DNA of 63,941 bases, counting the filler, from Octopus bimaculoides (Eukaryota): the NCBI RefSeq assembly GCF_001194135.2. It is 3 parts of 2 records of this genome, joined end to end, with 100 filler letters (N's around TTAATTAATTAA, not from the genome) between each part and the next. Parts side by side here need not be neighbours in the genome. Positions count along the whole stretch, not along the records: positions 29,824 to 57,125 come from NC_068990.1; 2 more parts are not named here. One strand, given 5' to 3'. A program made the translations under genes and the position numbers. The notes under the pieces are model-generated. The model saw nothing but the letters and a program-made list of their open reading frames with translations, did no database searches and was not told where the DNA came from. Positions 40,118 through 53,305 of the stretch are shown here, in pieces. Numbering within the stretch: the first letter of the stretch is position 1; the number at the start of each line of letters is the position of its first letter.

Positions 40118-41013
40118 CGTATGTGTATTTCGTGTGCAAGATACTTGATGTGGATACGTGTGTTGAAAGAAATACAATTAGACCTTGAGAGAGGCATTAT
40201 GCCAGTAATAAACACACGCACNNNNNNNNNNNNNNNNNNNNNNNNNNNNNNNNNNNNNNNNNNNNNNNNNNNNNNNNNNNNNNNNNNNNNNNNNNNNNNN
40301 NNNNNNNNNNNNNNNNNNNNNNNNNNNNNNNNNNNNNNNNNNNNNNNNNNNNNNNNNNNNNNNNNNNNNNNNNNNNNNNNNNNNNNNNNNNNNNNNNNNN
40401 NNNNNNNNNNNNNNNNNNNNNNNNNNNNNNNNNNNNNNNNNNNNNNNNNNNNNNNNNNNNNNNNNNNNNNNNNNNNNNNNNNNNNNNNNNNNNNNNNNNN
40501 NNNNNNNNNNNNNNNNNNNNNNNNNNNNNNNNNNNNNNNNNNNNNNNNNNNNNNNNNNNNNNNNNNNNNNNNNNNNNNNNNNNNNNNNNNNNNNNNNNNN
40601 NNNNNNNNNNNNNNNNNNNNNNNNNNNNNNNNNNNNNNNNNNNNNNNNNNNNNNNNNNNNNNNNNNNNNNNNNNNNNNNNNNNNNNNNNNNNNNNNNNNN
40701 NNNNNNNNNNNNNNNNNNNNNNNNNNNNNNNNNNNNNNNNNNNNNNNNNNNNNNNNNNNNNNNNNNNNNNNNNNNNNNNNNNNNNNNNNNNNNNNNNNNN
40801 NNNNNNNNNNNNNNNNNNNNNNNNNNNNNNNNNNNNNNNNNNNNNNNNNNNNNNNNNNNNNNNNNNNNNNNNNNNNNNNNNNNNNNNNNNNNNNNNNNNN
40901 NNNNNNNNNNNNNNNNNNNNNNNNNNNNNNNNNNNNNNNNNNNNNNNNNNNNNNNNNNNNNNNNNNNNNNNNNNNNNNNNNNNNATATATATATATATAT
41001 ATACATGTATACA

Positions 41014-41163
41014 TACGACGGGCTTCTTTCAGTTTCCGCCTACCAATCCAATCACAAAGCTTTGGTCAGCACGAGGCTCTAGTAGAAGACACTTGCCAAA
41101 GGTGCCACTGCGGTGGGACTTAACTCAGAACCATGTGGTTCGTAAGCAAGCTAGTTATCACAC

Positions 41164-41166
<3 letters not shown>
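41014..41166 (-). mobile_element. SINE family A head (body lost in the adjacent gap)
   Basis: gacgggcttctttcagtttccgcc...gaagacacttgccaaaggtgccac...agaaccatgtggtt. Confidence 0.9.
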
Positions 41167-41208
<42 letters not shown>

Positions 41209-42771
41209 TTATACACATACATATATATATATATGTATATATACATTCATACATATATACATACACACACGCGCACACACATATAAAGAAAAAATTTAAG
41301 ATGAGAAATTGTTAATTATATAGAAATTGCCACAAATCCGACTGAACACAGAAATTGCACTTTCTTCAACTTTTCAAACGCAAATGATATGAAATAAATC
41401 GTACCGCGGTAATGGCTTTCGAAAGCAGTTGTAATGTCTAGAATAACTTGAAAGTGAAAAACTTTATAAAATATATCCTTTTCCTTGTCGCAATCAAATA
41501 TTTTCTTCGTTTATTTTGGGCGAAGAAGGAATAGTTCGAATTTTATATTCGCCCAATCTCGGACATTCGTAACTGCTAAATTGATTTGTTGTTTATGACG
41601 CCAAACCCGGTTCATCAGTTTTGTTTGTATTTGATCGATAGTGTTCACCCTTGATTGTGGACATTTAATGCAGTAAATATCATTTTGTAGGATGTTGTAG
41701 CCCTCATATTTGTTAACCCTTATTTCCTTTCTACTTTTGAATTTTTTGCTTTTACTCTCTTCAGTCAGAACGTTAGAGGTCTTTACGGTTTCTTACCTGC
41801 ATCATTTTCTGGGAATATTAACTTCGTTAAGAGTCTTTTAGAATTTGTGGTTCCCTTTGACTGTTAATAACTTTTGAATCTTTAATTATTTTCTTCCGTT
41901 TCTGATGTCTGCTGTAGAACTGGAAGTCTGTTGGACAGTTTTGTTTCGCCGAATATTACTTGTGGTTTATGTGATCGTAGCTTCTACGAATGAAATATTT
42001 TAAATTCTCTCTTCCAATTCCTTACAAGAAACCTTACAAGGAAGAATTTCTCATAGATTGGTATTCGTTTTGCAATAGTTATGGTATTATTTATTGCATT
42101 TCTAAAGAGTTTTTCTTTCAAGAGGAATATAATTGTACCTTAGATGACTTTCGTCTAATTCCTCTATAAGTATACATAAACGTTTTATCATATTTGATCA
42201 GATATTTATATTATCATGGGATGGATGGCATCTAAGCTTTATTGTTTGCGTGTGTTTGCAGTAGATGCCTTTTACTATACTCTAGTTTTCGACTGTCATG
42301 AAAGTTCTCAGAAATGAAACTATCATTTCCATTGGGATTTGGATAAATATACGAAAGCCATTAATTAATTTATGAACATATTTTAAGCCCTTCGTGATTT
42401 TGTTTCCAAAATATAAAGCAGGCATGCAAGCATTTTCCCCAGGTCTTATTTATATGGGATTAGAACCTAATGAAAACTCATCCAGAACTGACAAAACCAT
42501 TCAGACATAGCTTGTTCTTTCAAGAGCCATATTTATAGTGTTTCAAATGTGGTGTGCGAGCGACGCTTGTGAGTATTGTGGTCCATTTATTTGACTGTAG
42601 TAAATATGTAGTTGTTTTCTAACACCATATATTTACTTTCGACTCGGAATTCTGTTGACAATCTTTTCTGAAAAAATGCTTGGAATATGTTTATCTGGAA
42701 TATAATAATGACTCCAGCCTTAATCCGTTATCTATATTTGATTAGTATTTTGTCGTATCGCCCAGATACGT

Positions 42772-43000
42772 GGCGAGCTGGCAGAAAAGTTAGCACGCCA
42801 GCCGAAATGCTTAGCGGTATTTCGTCTGCCATTACGTTCCGAGTTCAAATTCCGCCGAGGTCGACTTTGCCTTTCATCCTTTCGGGGTCGATAAATTAAG
42901 TACCAGTTATGCACTGGGTCAATGGAATCGATTTAATCCCTTTGTCTGTCCTTGTTTGTCCCCTCTATGTTTAGCCCATTGTGGGCAATAAAAAATAAGT
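42772..43000 (+). mobile_element. SINE family B, near full length
   Basis: ggcgagctggcagaaaagttagcacg head, gagttcaaattcc B-box-like motif, gcctttcatcctttcggggtcgataaattaagtaccag central domain. Confidence 0.92.
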
Positions 43001-43096
43001 ATCTGGTCGTATTGAAACTCTGTCTTTGACTTTCTGGATTGTGGTTTAAAAATCCGCGTTTCTCTGATGGAAACAGGCTATACAATGGATGTAATA

Positions 43097-43663
43097 CGAG
43101 GGTGAGTCAAAAAGTAATGCCATTTTGTTTAGGACAGGTATAATTACCAACACAGGAATATGTATCATACATCACAATAAAGCTGGTCCTCTGTGGATCA
43201 CATCCCTACTTCTCAACATAGTCACTGTTTCTCTCAATAGCAATGTTCCACCTTCGAATGAGAGCATGTATCCTTGCCCCGTAAAATTCTGTTGACTGTT
43301 CTTTGAGCCACTTCTTCACTACAGTTTTCACTTCCTCGTCACTGGAATAATGTTTGCCTCTCAAACCCTCTTTCATGGGGCCGACGTGATGATAGTCTGA
43401 AGGTGATAAACTATCCAGTGACGAGGAAGTTAAAACTGTAGTGAAGAAGTAGCTCAAAGAACAGTCAACAGAGTTTTACGGGGCAGGGATACATGCTCTC
43501 ATTCGCAGGTGGAACATTGCTGTTGTGAGGAACGGTGACTATGTTGAGAAGTAGGGATGTGATCCACAGAGGACCAGATTCATTTTGATGTATGATACAT
43601 GTTCCTGTGTTGCTAATTATATCTGTCCTAAACAAAATAGCATTACGTTTTGACTCACCCTCG
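43097..43663. mobile_element. Palindromic non-autonomous mariner derivative (fold-back MITE)
   Basis: TA flanks at 43095-96 and 43664-65; inverted arms 43097-43346 and 43414-43663 around a 67-bp spacer. Minus strand encodes a mariner C-terminus SPSDYHHVGPMKEGLRGKHYSSDEEVKTVVKKWLKEQ...YVEK*. Confidence 0.93.
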
Positions 43664-43753
43664 TATAATATACGTTAAATAGCTTCGACTTTAGGTTTGA
43701 TGTTTGTTGAGTAACAAGCGGGCGTCATTTGAAATTGACGGTTTGGGAATCGA

Positions 43754-43754
<1 letters not shown>

Positions 43755-43819
<65 letters not shown>

Positions 43820-43834
43820 GCTAGCTAGCTAGCT
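43755..43834. repeat. (ATCT)n grading into (AGCT)n
   Basis: Direct reading. Confidence 0.93.
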
Positions 43835-45889
43835 ATAATGTAGGGGGTCTTTTAAGCTGTCATAAATTACTTTGTATTTGTTAAATATCGGTATTCTATA
43901 AAAAATATATAGTTTAGAACCCAAAATAGATAATCCCGCAATCTCCATGAAATTGTCCATTAAATTACCAGTTTTGTCTATTGTATGCTTATCGCTGTTC
44001 CTTTATGTTTAGTAGGATTATCGATCATCTAATCGTTCTAAAACCGTTTCTCCGAATATGTTCTGGTGCATTATTGCAGTGGATCCCACTTTAACATATG
44101 TAATGACGATCGAAAAATCTTTCCGTAGATATTCCAAAGCTGCGTGCTCTTGCTTCCAAAAGTTTCATTTTAAAGGGGTTCCTGGAATGTATGATTTTGT
44201 TAATATTTTCAAACACCTAATATATTTCTGTATTGTTTTATTCCTTTTCAAAAGAGATTTTGAATTCAGATGTGTTGTTTACCAGCAATGGATCTTAAAA
44301 GATTTACGAGACGAAGCAGTAAATTTTAATAAGATCCGTGGTGCCTCTGGTTGGAAAGAGAATTTAACTTATTTTGGATCGTCTTGAAAAAATTGTTAAC
44401 ATGTATTATCAGAAATATTAATTTCGATGATACTTTCTATATGTAAATATGTTGGTAAAACAGAAACAACCATTGGCATTATTTGGTGAATTCAACAATT
44501 AAAGATTTGATTTTCTCTCTCCCTATTTTTGTTGTCTAATACTCAGGATTCCTCGTAATTTTTCTAAATGCTATTTAGATATCTTCGTCATACATGAGGA
44601 ATTACTTTGGATATGTATTCTAAATAGATAGATGATATTCTAAGCTATCGAGAAGAATTTTTAGCATCAGCTGGAGTGATTATACCAAGGCCGGTCAAGA
44701 CTGTCAGATACTATTCGGCAGAGAATATTACGCTTTGCTAGCCATTTTCACAGGGCTGGGGACCAGCAGTTTTCTAAGCTTCTATTTTGGTCACCATCAT
44801 ATGGTAGGTAACACAGAAGAGCTGGAATTAAGATCTTTCCAGAAATACTCAGAGAAGACACCGATATAAAATCTGATACTGAAATCAGTTTTCATGGGGC
44901 AACAAAAAAGTTGAAGGTAGAGAATGGAAGATTTGATGGTTTTGTCTGCAGGTAATTGATGAGGATGATAATTATATACATGCATACACGCACACACACA
45001 CACAAACACACACACACATGTATATATNNNNNNNNNNNNNNNNNNNNNNNNNNNNNNNNNNNNNNNNNNNNNNNNNNNNNNNNNNNNNNNNNNNNNNNNN
45101 NNNNNNNNNNNNNNNNNNNNNNNNNNNNNNNNNNNNNNNNNNNNNNNNNNNNNNNNNNNNNNNNNNNNNNNNNNNNNNNNNNNNNNNNNNNNNNNNNNNN
45201 NNNNNNNNNNNNNNNNNNNNNNNNNNNNNNNNNNNNNNNNNNNNNNNNNNNNNNNNNNNNNNNNNNNNNNNNNNNNNNNNNNNNNNNNNNNNNNNNNNNN
45301 NNNNNNNNNNNNNNNNNNNNNNNNNNNNNNNNNNNNNNNNNNNNNNNNNNNNNNNNNNNNNNNNNNNNNNNNNNNNNNNNNNNNNNNNNNNNNNNNNNNN
45401 NNNNNNNNNNNNNNNNNNNNNNNNNNNNNNNNNNNNNNNNNNNNNNNNNNNNNNNNNNNNNNNNNNNNNNNNNNNNNNNNNNNNNNNNNNNNNNNNNNNN
45501 NNNNNNNNNNNNNNNNNNNNNNNNNNNNNNNNNNNNNNNNNNNNNNNNNNNNNNNNNNNNNNNNNNNNNNNNNNNNNNNNNNNNNNNNNNNNNNNNNNNN
45601 NNNNNNNNNNNNNNNNNNNNNNNNNNNNNNNNNNNNNNNNNNNNNNNNNNNNNNNNNNNNNNNNNNNNNNNNNNNNNNNNNNNNNNNNNNNNNNNNNNNN
45701 NNNNNNNNNNNNNNNNNNNNNNNNNNNNNNNNNNNNNNNNNNNNNNNNNNNNNNNNNNNNNNNNNNNNNNNNNNNNNNNNNNNNNNNNNNNNNNNNNNNN
45801 NNNNNNNNNNNNNNNNNNNNNNNNNNNNNNNNNNNNNNNNNNNNNNNNNNNNNNNTATATATATATATATATATATATACAGAAAGGAG

Positions 45890-46030
45890 GAGAAGAAGAA
45901 GAAGAAGGAGAGGAAGTAGAAGAAGAAGAAGAAGAAGAAGAAGAAGAAGAAGAAGAAGAAGAAGAAGAAGAAGAAGAAGAAGAAGAAGAAGAAGAAGAAG
46001 AAAAAGAAGAAGAAGAAGAAGGGGAGGAAG
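45890..46030. repeat. (GAA)n purine tract
   Basis: Direct reading. Confidence 0.95.
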
Positions 46031-47447
46031 AAGAAATCGGAGAAGTGGTGGAAGAAGTTGACGATGAAGAGGGAAGGGAAGAAATACAGTGCAAAATGTG
46101 AGAGAGGCAAAGAAGTGAGAAATAATGCAGATATAATTTCATAACATTGAAAACAATATTTATTTTGATAAATGTTATATTTCATAACAAAGACAATCAT
46201 TTATTTACCATTATATATTATCGTATTAAAAACAACTTTTGTCAGTACGATTTTGTTGAATTATTTTCACTATTTTGTGAATAAATAAATATTGACATCA
46301 CTATTTATAATGATTTCTAATACAACCAAGAAACCACAAACTTTATTGTGAGGTGAGGGATGGCAAATTTTATCGATCATACAGCTTAAATTATATTTAT
46401 CTTATCGATACTGTAAAGATGAAAGACGAAATAGGGTGTTTTGTGTTTTTAATTCAATAGAAAATAAAGTATGACTGAATATCAGAAGTAATTTTTCCTG
46501 GCGTTTTTAGTAATTCTAGCATTCACTGCCGTCGATTATATCGACCCATTATTCGGCTGTACTTTATTTCAAAAACTCCGACGTAATGGAAATAAAATTT
46601 GTCTCGCATGGATTCGAACTTGGAACATACAGAGTTGGAGGTAATATCGGAAAAGTAGTTCCTATGATTACGTAACGGTTCCACTAAGCAAATAATAATG
46701 GAACTACCTCGTCTATTAGATACAGCGGTGGATTATCAAAGACAGGGCAGTCACCAGAGTGTGGTGTGGATTAGTAGCGATAAAACAACTATTTGGAAAT
46801 GAGTATCTGAGCGTTTATGGAATAAAAATACTGAATATATAAAATATGTGCATACGTACGCACACACACATATGCGCTGAAATCGAATAGTGAGACTGAT
46901 TGCTCAACGACGAATTGGTGGATAAATATTCTTTATTTGTGAGTTAGAAAGGCTACCAATAATTTTCATGTAGAAACTGATCCCTTAACAATCATCAAGT
47001 TTGTCCCCTGGTGAGGTTGGTACCTGCTTTCCATCCAAAAAGCAAACGAGTTTCAGTCCCAATTCCACTTCGTCAACAAATGAAGAGTGCATGCCATGCA
47101 TATCAGTCACGGTTGCCTTAGATTTATCTCTCGGCGAATGAGGAATACCATTGAATCTTTCATGATTCAGAGATGCGATAGTTTATTTTTATTTCCCTCT
47201 GCTGGACATCGGAATGTATAATGGTCACACATTCCTGTGTTATACTGCTTTTCCAGATAGACAATTTCCCACCAGATAAGCCTTTAATATTGGAAACAAC
47301 TCAGATGGAACTATCAACACTGCAAATCCTTTCCCTATTTTGCAATTTGAATTTTCCATCCGTTTCTTCGTTTGTATTATAATGTACACAGAGCGTTGGA
47401 GTGGATTATTCTCTCCCTCTCTCCTTCTCTCTCTCTATTATCTCTCT

Positions 47448-47507
<60 letters not shown>

Positions 47508-47997
47508 NNNNNNNNNNNNNNNNNNNNNNNNNNNNNNNNNNNNNNNNNNNNNNNNNNNNNNNNNNNNNNNNNNNNNNNNNNNNNNNNNNNNNNNNNNNNN
47601 NNNNNNNNNNNNNNNNNNNNNNNNNNNNNNNNNNNNNNNNNNNNNNNNNNNNNNNNNNNNNNNNNNNNNNNNNNNNNNNNNNNNNNNNNNNNNNNNNNNN
47701 NNNNNNNNNNNNNNNNNNNGTTGCCTTCTCTGTTTTTTTTTAAAGTCATTTTGCTTATTTTCGTTCGAATTTTTATGCCTGGGAGATGGAATGCTCTCCA
47801 GCAATTTCAATTTTGTAAATTAAAATATCTTTCCTCCAAAAACTGAACAAACAATACGGCCAAGGTATATCCATATCTCTATATAAAAAGAAAATGAAGT
47901 ATTAAACGTAATTCCATTTCCACAGATTGTCACTAGGTAAAATTGTCCACTATATGTGAGCGCTAGAAGAGAGAGGCGACTGCAAAAACGCAGAACA

Positions 47998-48047
<50 letters not shown>

Positions 48048-48049
<2 letters not shown>

Positions 48050-48594
48050 CAGTATCGGGCAGTGGCTCTTATGAATTCTCATATTAGCTGATTAGAAATG
48101 TTATCATGTGGATTGTTTTGCCTTAGTGTAAAAGATGGACTATGGCAACTATTCAGCTAAATACCAGAGATTTGCTGGTCAGTTGTTTGACCATAACTAG
48201 TTGAGTAAGTCCCTTGATGGCTGACGATATGTGCATCTCTGATCATGGGCAGATGTAGTGGGGGAGCATCATAACCATGTGGTCAGAGGAATTCTTCCGG
48301 GTACAGATAATTCACTTTTGAAAACATGGTTGTTTCGCTCAACATCCTTAAACAACTCTTATTCAGATAACTTTTGAGCGGGATGGGCTACTCAACCTGA
48401 TGAAAATTCTAACCGGGCCCCACCTGCAAGGTCATGCGCATTTAATCTTGTTATGAGATCATCATGTCACGCACATACGACTGAGGTGCATGTGCCTGGT
48501 GCACTCCTATCAGACGGGTAGTCATGATGGGTATAATGGGCTTCGTCTATTTTACTTCAGTGTCATTTTGATGGTATGCGCTGCTCTCTCACTC
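48048..48594. mobile_element. Family D element, copy 4
   Basis: Colinear with the other D copies; (AAT)n at 48000-48047 and (AAT)n(GAT)n at 48595-48710. Confidence 0.85.
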
Positions 48595-48625
48595 AGTAAT
48601 AATAATAGCTACAACTTCAAGAACG

Positions 48626-48708
<83 letters not shown>

Positions 48709-48779
48709 AACTATGGATATAATTAACTAATTCTAAAAGTTAAATATGTTTTACGTCGATGTCCGCAAGAGTTTGCCGA

Positions 48780-49020
48780 GTACGATAACAACTTAAAAGT
48801 CAAGAGACCATCGTAAATATCGTCAGCGATGACATCAGAAGGGGAATTTGGAATAATTACACGTGCTAGAGTAATATTTAACAGAGGAAAAGTGATCAAG
48901 ACTGCAAACCTAATCCTTGATAATGACACCAGCATCAAAGATTTAAACACATAAAAGTAACTTAATGAGAACGAAGTCAATAGAGTATAGCACGAGAGAA
49001 AAAGATGAACCAAACGAGAA
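48780..49020 (+). mobile_element. R4/Dong-type RT downstream fragment
   Basis: EFGIITRARVIFNRGKVIKTANLILDNDTSIKDL resembles the R4-type MEFGLDKCA.V...RGK segment. Confidence 0.6.
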
Positions 49021-49169
49021 TGCATATTTAACCGTAAAGCAAAATTAATGTAGCTACCTGATTTAAAGCTATTGGCACTTTACCAAAATCCGTAGATTTT
49101 TAAGGGTTTCGTCACCAAATGCAAACTGAATAACATCTGAGAGTCAACTCTGAAACACAAAAGATGCAG

Positions 49170-49700
49170 ACATTAGAGATAAAGAATCACTCAAAAGCAG
49201 ATGTCGGGTGGTTGCACCTAACTGGTATAACATTACGACACATCCTCTACACCACTTTGAAATGCACCGAGCGAGAGCTCCAAGACTAGTTGTCAGCAAA
49301 GCTCTACCGATTCGATCACAATATATTACTAAAGAGACAATCTGATACTGAAATACGTGGATAGCCGCTACAATGGACGAATGTTTTTCTGACAAACAGA
49401 ACCCAGTATGCTGTGGCAGCGGTACTTCACTCAAAACCAGCAGAAGTCATCAGTGGAGTCCTGCAAGAGAAGGCGGCCTAATTGAACAAGAACAGGCCTT
49501 CAGCACTACCACTTGAAGACCCATTCTTCCGAATAGTAAAACATCAGATATACGTCATCTAGAAAAAAAATCAGGGCGATACAAGAAAGAGTCTGATAGT
49601 CCAGAAACCATATTAAAAAAAGACGAAGTGATACTTATTTATGCCAAGAGAGTGAAAGAGGAGGATGCAAAACATGGTTGGTTTCCAGTTCATTAAACCT
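49170..49700 (+). mobile_element. CR1/L2-type reverse transcriptase relic
   Basis: FLTNRTQYAVAAVLHSKPAEVISGVLQ resembles FLxNRxQxV...S...VxSGVPQG; heavily decayed. Confidence 0.55.
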
Positions 49701-50131
49701 GGTGGGAAGACTATGTAATGCAGGGGAAGTAGCTAAAAGGGATACGGGCGGCAGATGTGCAGATAATACGGCACATAGTTTGTACTTAATATTCGTATTT
49801 TGCTTTTTTTACTTGCGTTATTGATAGAAAGTTATTGATAGAAAATTTTGTAGTTTACATCATTCGAAACATCTCCTACAACTTTGTCTCGATAGAGAGA
49901 GTAAGAGAGAGAAAGGAAGACACAGGGAGAGAATGGGAGAGGGAGAAAGGAAGAGGGAGAGGGAGAGGGTCTGAGAGAGAGATTGTGTGGCTGTACGTGT
50001 GTGAGAGTATGAAAGAGAGAAAGAGAGCGAGCGCGCGGTAAAGAAAGAGACCCTATTCCAGCGGACGAAATTCTTTGTTAGGTTGTATCCACTTTTCCAT
50101 TTTGTGAACTATCTTGTATGATAGTAGTAAA

Positions 50132-50450
50132 GATGCGTGTCTAAGTGGTTAAGGCAATCGCCTGGAGATCATAAGGTCGTGAGTTCAATCCCTGGCTGCG
50201 AATTTGTCCTTAAAGGAGACACTTTATTTAATGTTACCTGTAGTCAACTCAGCTGATAAAAAACAGGTAGTACCTGTATTTGAAAGGGCCAGCCTTGTCA
50301 CATTGTGTATCACGCCGATCCCACCGCGAGCTACATTAAGGCCATACGTATTTGTGGATTGCTCAACCAGTTGCACGTTAATTCCAGCAACAGGTTGTTC
50401 CGTTGATCAGATCCACTAAGACCCACATTGTCGTTACCGACAGAGCGCCA
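50132..50450 (+). mobile_element. SINE family C
   Basis: gcgtgtctaagtggttaagg...gtgagttcaatccctgg tRNA-like head; body gtacctgtatttgaaagggccagccttgtcacattgtg shared with 61570-61610. Confidence 0.8.
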
Positions 50451-50988
50451 GTTTCATATGATGGTAAAATTCTTATGAACATTTCAGAATAGCCTTTTAT
50501 AGCCCCATCCGTAACATAATTTTCAGTATTTATCTCTATTTCTCCAACTCAGTCAATTGCTTATTTGAGATTCTCATTTTATTTCTATTTCTGTTTGATT
50601 CTTAGTATATTTAAAATTATATTTATGTTTTAAAAACACAAAAAAATACTTAGTCTCCAATTTCATACGTTTAGTAATATTTGTATTCAGGCGGTAAATA
50701 ATTCCAATATTTTTCCGCTTGCAAACCTTTCTTCAACACTGCGTTCGTAAATAAAGAAAATATTCTATGTCACACTTGGTGCGCATTATTTTAAAAGCAA
50801 ATATTTCCTTTTCGTAAGTTTTATATGTAGCTTTCACAAAAGCTAATGAATCTTTTATTTTCATTTTTCGGCCGGTGGATGAGNNNNNNNNNNNNNNNNN
50901 NNNNNNNNNNNNNNNNNNNNNNNNNNNNNNNNNNNNNNNNNNNNNNNNNNNNNNNNNNNNNNNNNACACACACACACACACACACACA

Positions 50989-51180
50989 CATACGACGGGC
51001 TTCTTTTAGTTTCCGTCAACCAAATCTACTCAGACGGCTTCGGTCGGCCCGCGGCTATAGTAGAGGACACCCGCCGAATGCGCCGCGTATTGGATGGATT
51101 CATTCCAGTAAAATCTGTTCAAGGCTAAGCTCCAGGATGACCAGCGTCTAAAGACTGAAACAAGTAAAAGAAAAAAGATA
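50989..51180. mobile_element. SINE family A fragments: minus-strand head (50989-51100) and plus-strand 3' tail (51120-51180)
   Basis: catacgacgggcttcttttagtttccgtcaaccaaatc and gactgaaacaagtaaaaga. Confidence 0.65.
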
Positions 51181-51189
51181 AAAATATAT

Positions 51190-51652
51190 GTGTCTGATTC
51201 TGATATATATATGTATGTGTGTATGTATGTGTGTGTATGTGTGTATGTGTGTATGTGTGTATGTATGTGTTTGTGTGTATGAATGTGTATGTATGTGTGT
51301 ATGCGTATGTGTGTATGTATGTATGTATGTATGTAAGTATATATGTATGTATGTGTGTATGCATGTATGTGTGCATGTGTGTACGCATGAATGAATGTGT
51401 GTATGTATATATGCATGTATGTATGTGTGTATGTGTGTATGTATGTGTGTATGTGTATATGCGTATGTATGTATGCATGTACGTATGTATGAATATATGT
51501 GTATGTCTATGTATGTATGTATGTATGTATGTAGGTGTGTATGTATGTATATGTGTATGTATGTATGTGTGTATGTATGTATGTATGTGTGTATGTATGC
51601 ATGTATGTATGTATGCATGTATGTATGTATGTATATGTGTGTGTGTGTGAGT
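51190..51652. repeat. Long degenerate (TATG)n/(TG)n array
   Basis: Direct reading. Confidence 0.95.
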
Positions 51653-51976
51653 ATGTATTAAGAGAGGGCGGGGTTGCAAGAACAAATTGACTCACAAGAT
51701 TCGGATTGCGCCTGAAAGTGTTTGGCATAATAGAAAGAGAAGGGGATCTGGATAGGAAGAGGAAACGGCTGTGGGGGGGGGGGGAGAAATTAAGAGAGAG
51801 ACAGAGAATATATGGAAGATGGCCAGAAATATCTAGATATATACAGGGAGAGTGGGTAGGGAGAGGGAGGGAGAGAGAGAGGGAGAGAGAGAGTTTTAGA
51901 TCAGAAAACGTGATGGAGAAGAAAAGAAAATAAGATTGAAAAGGGGGTACTTTGTGTTTAGGTGTATATAAGAGGA

Positions 51977-52008
<32 letters not shown>

Positions 52009-52379
52009 TAAGAGAGAGAAAGGGAGAGAGCGCGAGAGATTGAGAGAGGGAGACAGGAAGAGCGTGAGGGTGAGGGTGAGCATGTATGAGTCTGAGAGAG
52101 AGAAAGAGATGTATACCTGTGCGTGTGTGAGAGTATGAAAGAGAGAAAGATTGCGAGCGCGCGGGAGAGAAAGAGAGCGTGCGAGAGGGAGAGAGATAGT
52201 GTGAGTGAGTGTGAGAGAGAGCGAGAGTGATTTATTTGTATGTGAGAGAGAAAGAGATAGAGAGAGAGAGAAAGGAAGAGTGATAGACAGAGAGAAGGAT
52301 AGAAAAGTGACTGAGAGAAAGAGGGCAAGAGCGAAAGAGTAAGAGAATACGTATGTGCATGTGTGTGTGTGTATGTGTC

Positions 52380-52397
52380 AAAGATAGATAGATAAAC

Positions 52398-52446
<49 letters not shown>

Positions 52447-52455
52447 CTTACATAA

Positions 52456-52524
<69 letters not shown>

Positions 52525-52543
52525 TGGATAGATAGATAGATAA

Positions 52544-52576
<33 letters not shown>

Positions 52577-52670
52577 CCAATTGAGAGATAGAGAGATACA
52601 CATAGACGGACATATATAGATAGGTAGATAGATTGATAGATAGATAGATAGAGAAAGAGAGACAGAGAGG
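52380..52670. repeat. (GATA)n-(CA)n-(TA)n-(GA)n-(GATA)n compound microsatellite
   Basis: Direct reading. Confidence 0.95.
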
Positions 52671-53077
52671 GAGAGCGAGAGTTTGTGGGAGAGCTTGAAG
52701 CTCGATATATATATATAAAACCAAGGTATTGCATTGTATGGAGAGTAAATCTGTAAAAAGCTGCTAATCACCTTTTTAAATCTCTCTCAGCTCACCAATC
52801 TGTCACTCGCTCGATTTCCCACTGCTATATATGTGCATATGCACTGTACACACGCATAAATACATTCTTACACACATTGCCACACACGTAAATACACACA
52901 CAGATGTATTCACACATTGAGTTAGAGATTTATAGAGAGCAACAAGTTGCATCGCCTCCACCCAGCGTCACCCTAGCAATATGGCCGCATCTCATTTCGC
53001 CTCCATTATCTGCAGTAAGTAGAACACTATTATCTTTAGTGAACAAGACCGCTACTATCTGATCAACATTGCTAGTA

Positions 53078-53305
53078 CCTATTTCTTTACTGCCCACAAG
53101 GGGCTACACACAGAGGGGACGAACAAAGACAGACAAACGGATTAAGTCGATTATATCGACTCCAGTGCGTAACTGGTACTTATTTAAACGACCCCGAAAG
53201 GATGAAAGGCAAAGTGGACCTCGGCGTAATTTGAACTCAGAACGTAACGACAGACGAAATACCGCTAAGCATTTCGCCCGGCGTGCTAACGATTCTGCCA
53301 GCTCA
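53078..53305 (-). mobile_element. SINE family B, near full length
   Basis: Reverse complement of 42772-43000 across its length. Confidence 0.92.

Noticed and set aside
44058-44387. 109-aa plus-strand ORF as a standalone gene
   Set aside because: No recognisable domain, no promoter or splice support; length is within chance expectation.
51030-52771. His/Thr/Tyr-rich and Val/Cys-rich ORFs, including the 405-aa ORF
   Set aside because: Translations of (TATG)n, (GATA)n and (GA)n repeats, which lack stops in some frames.
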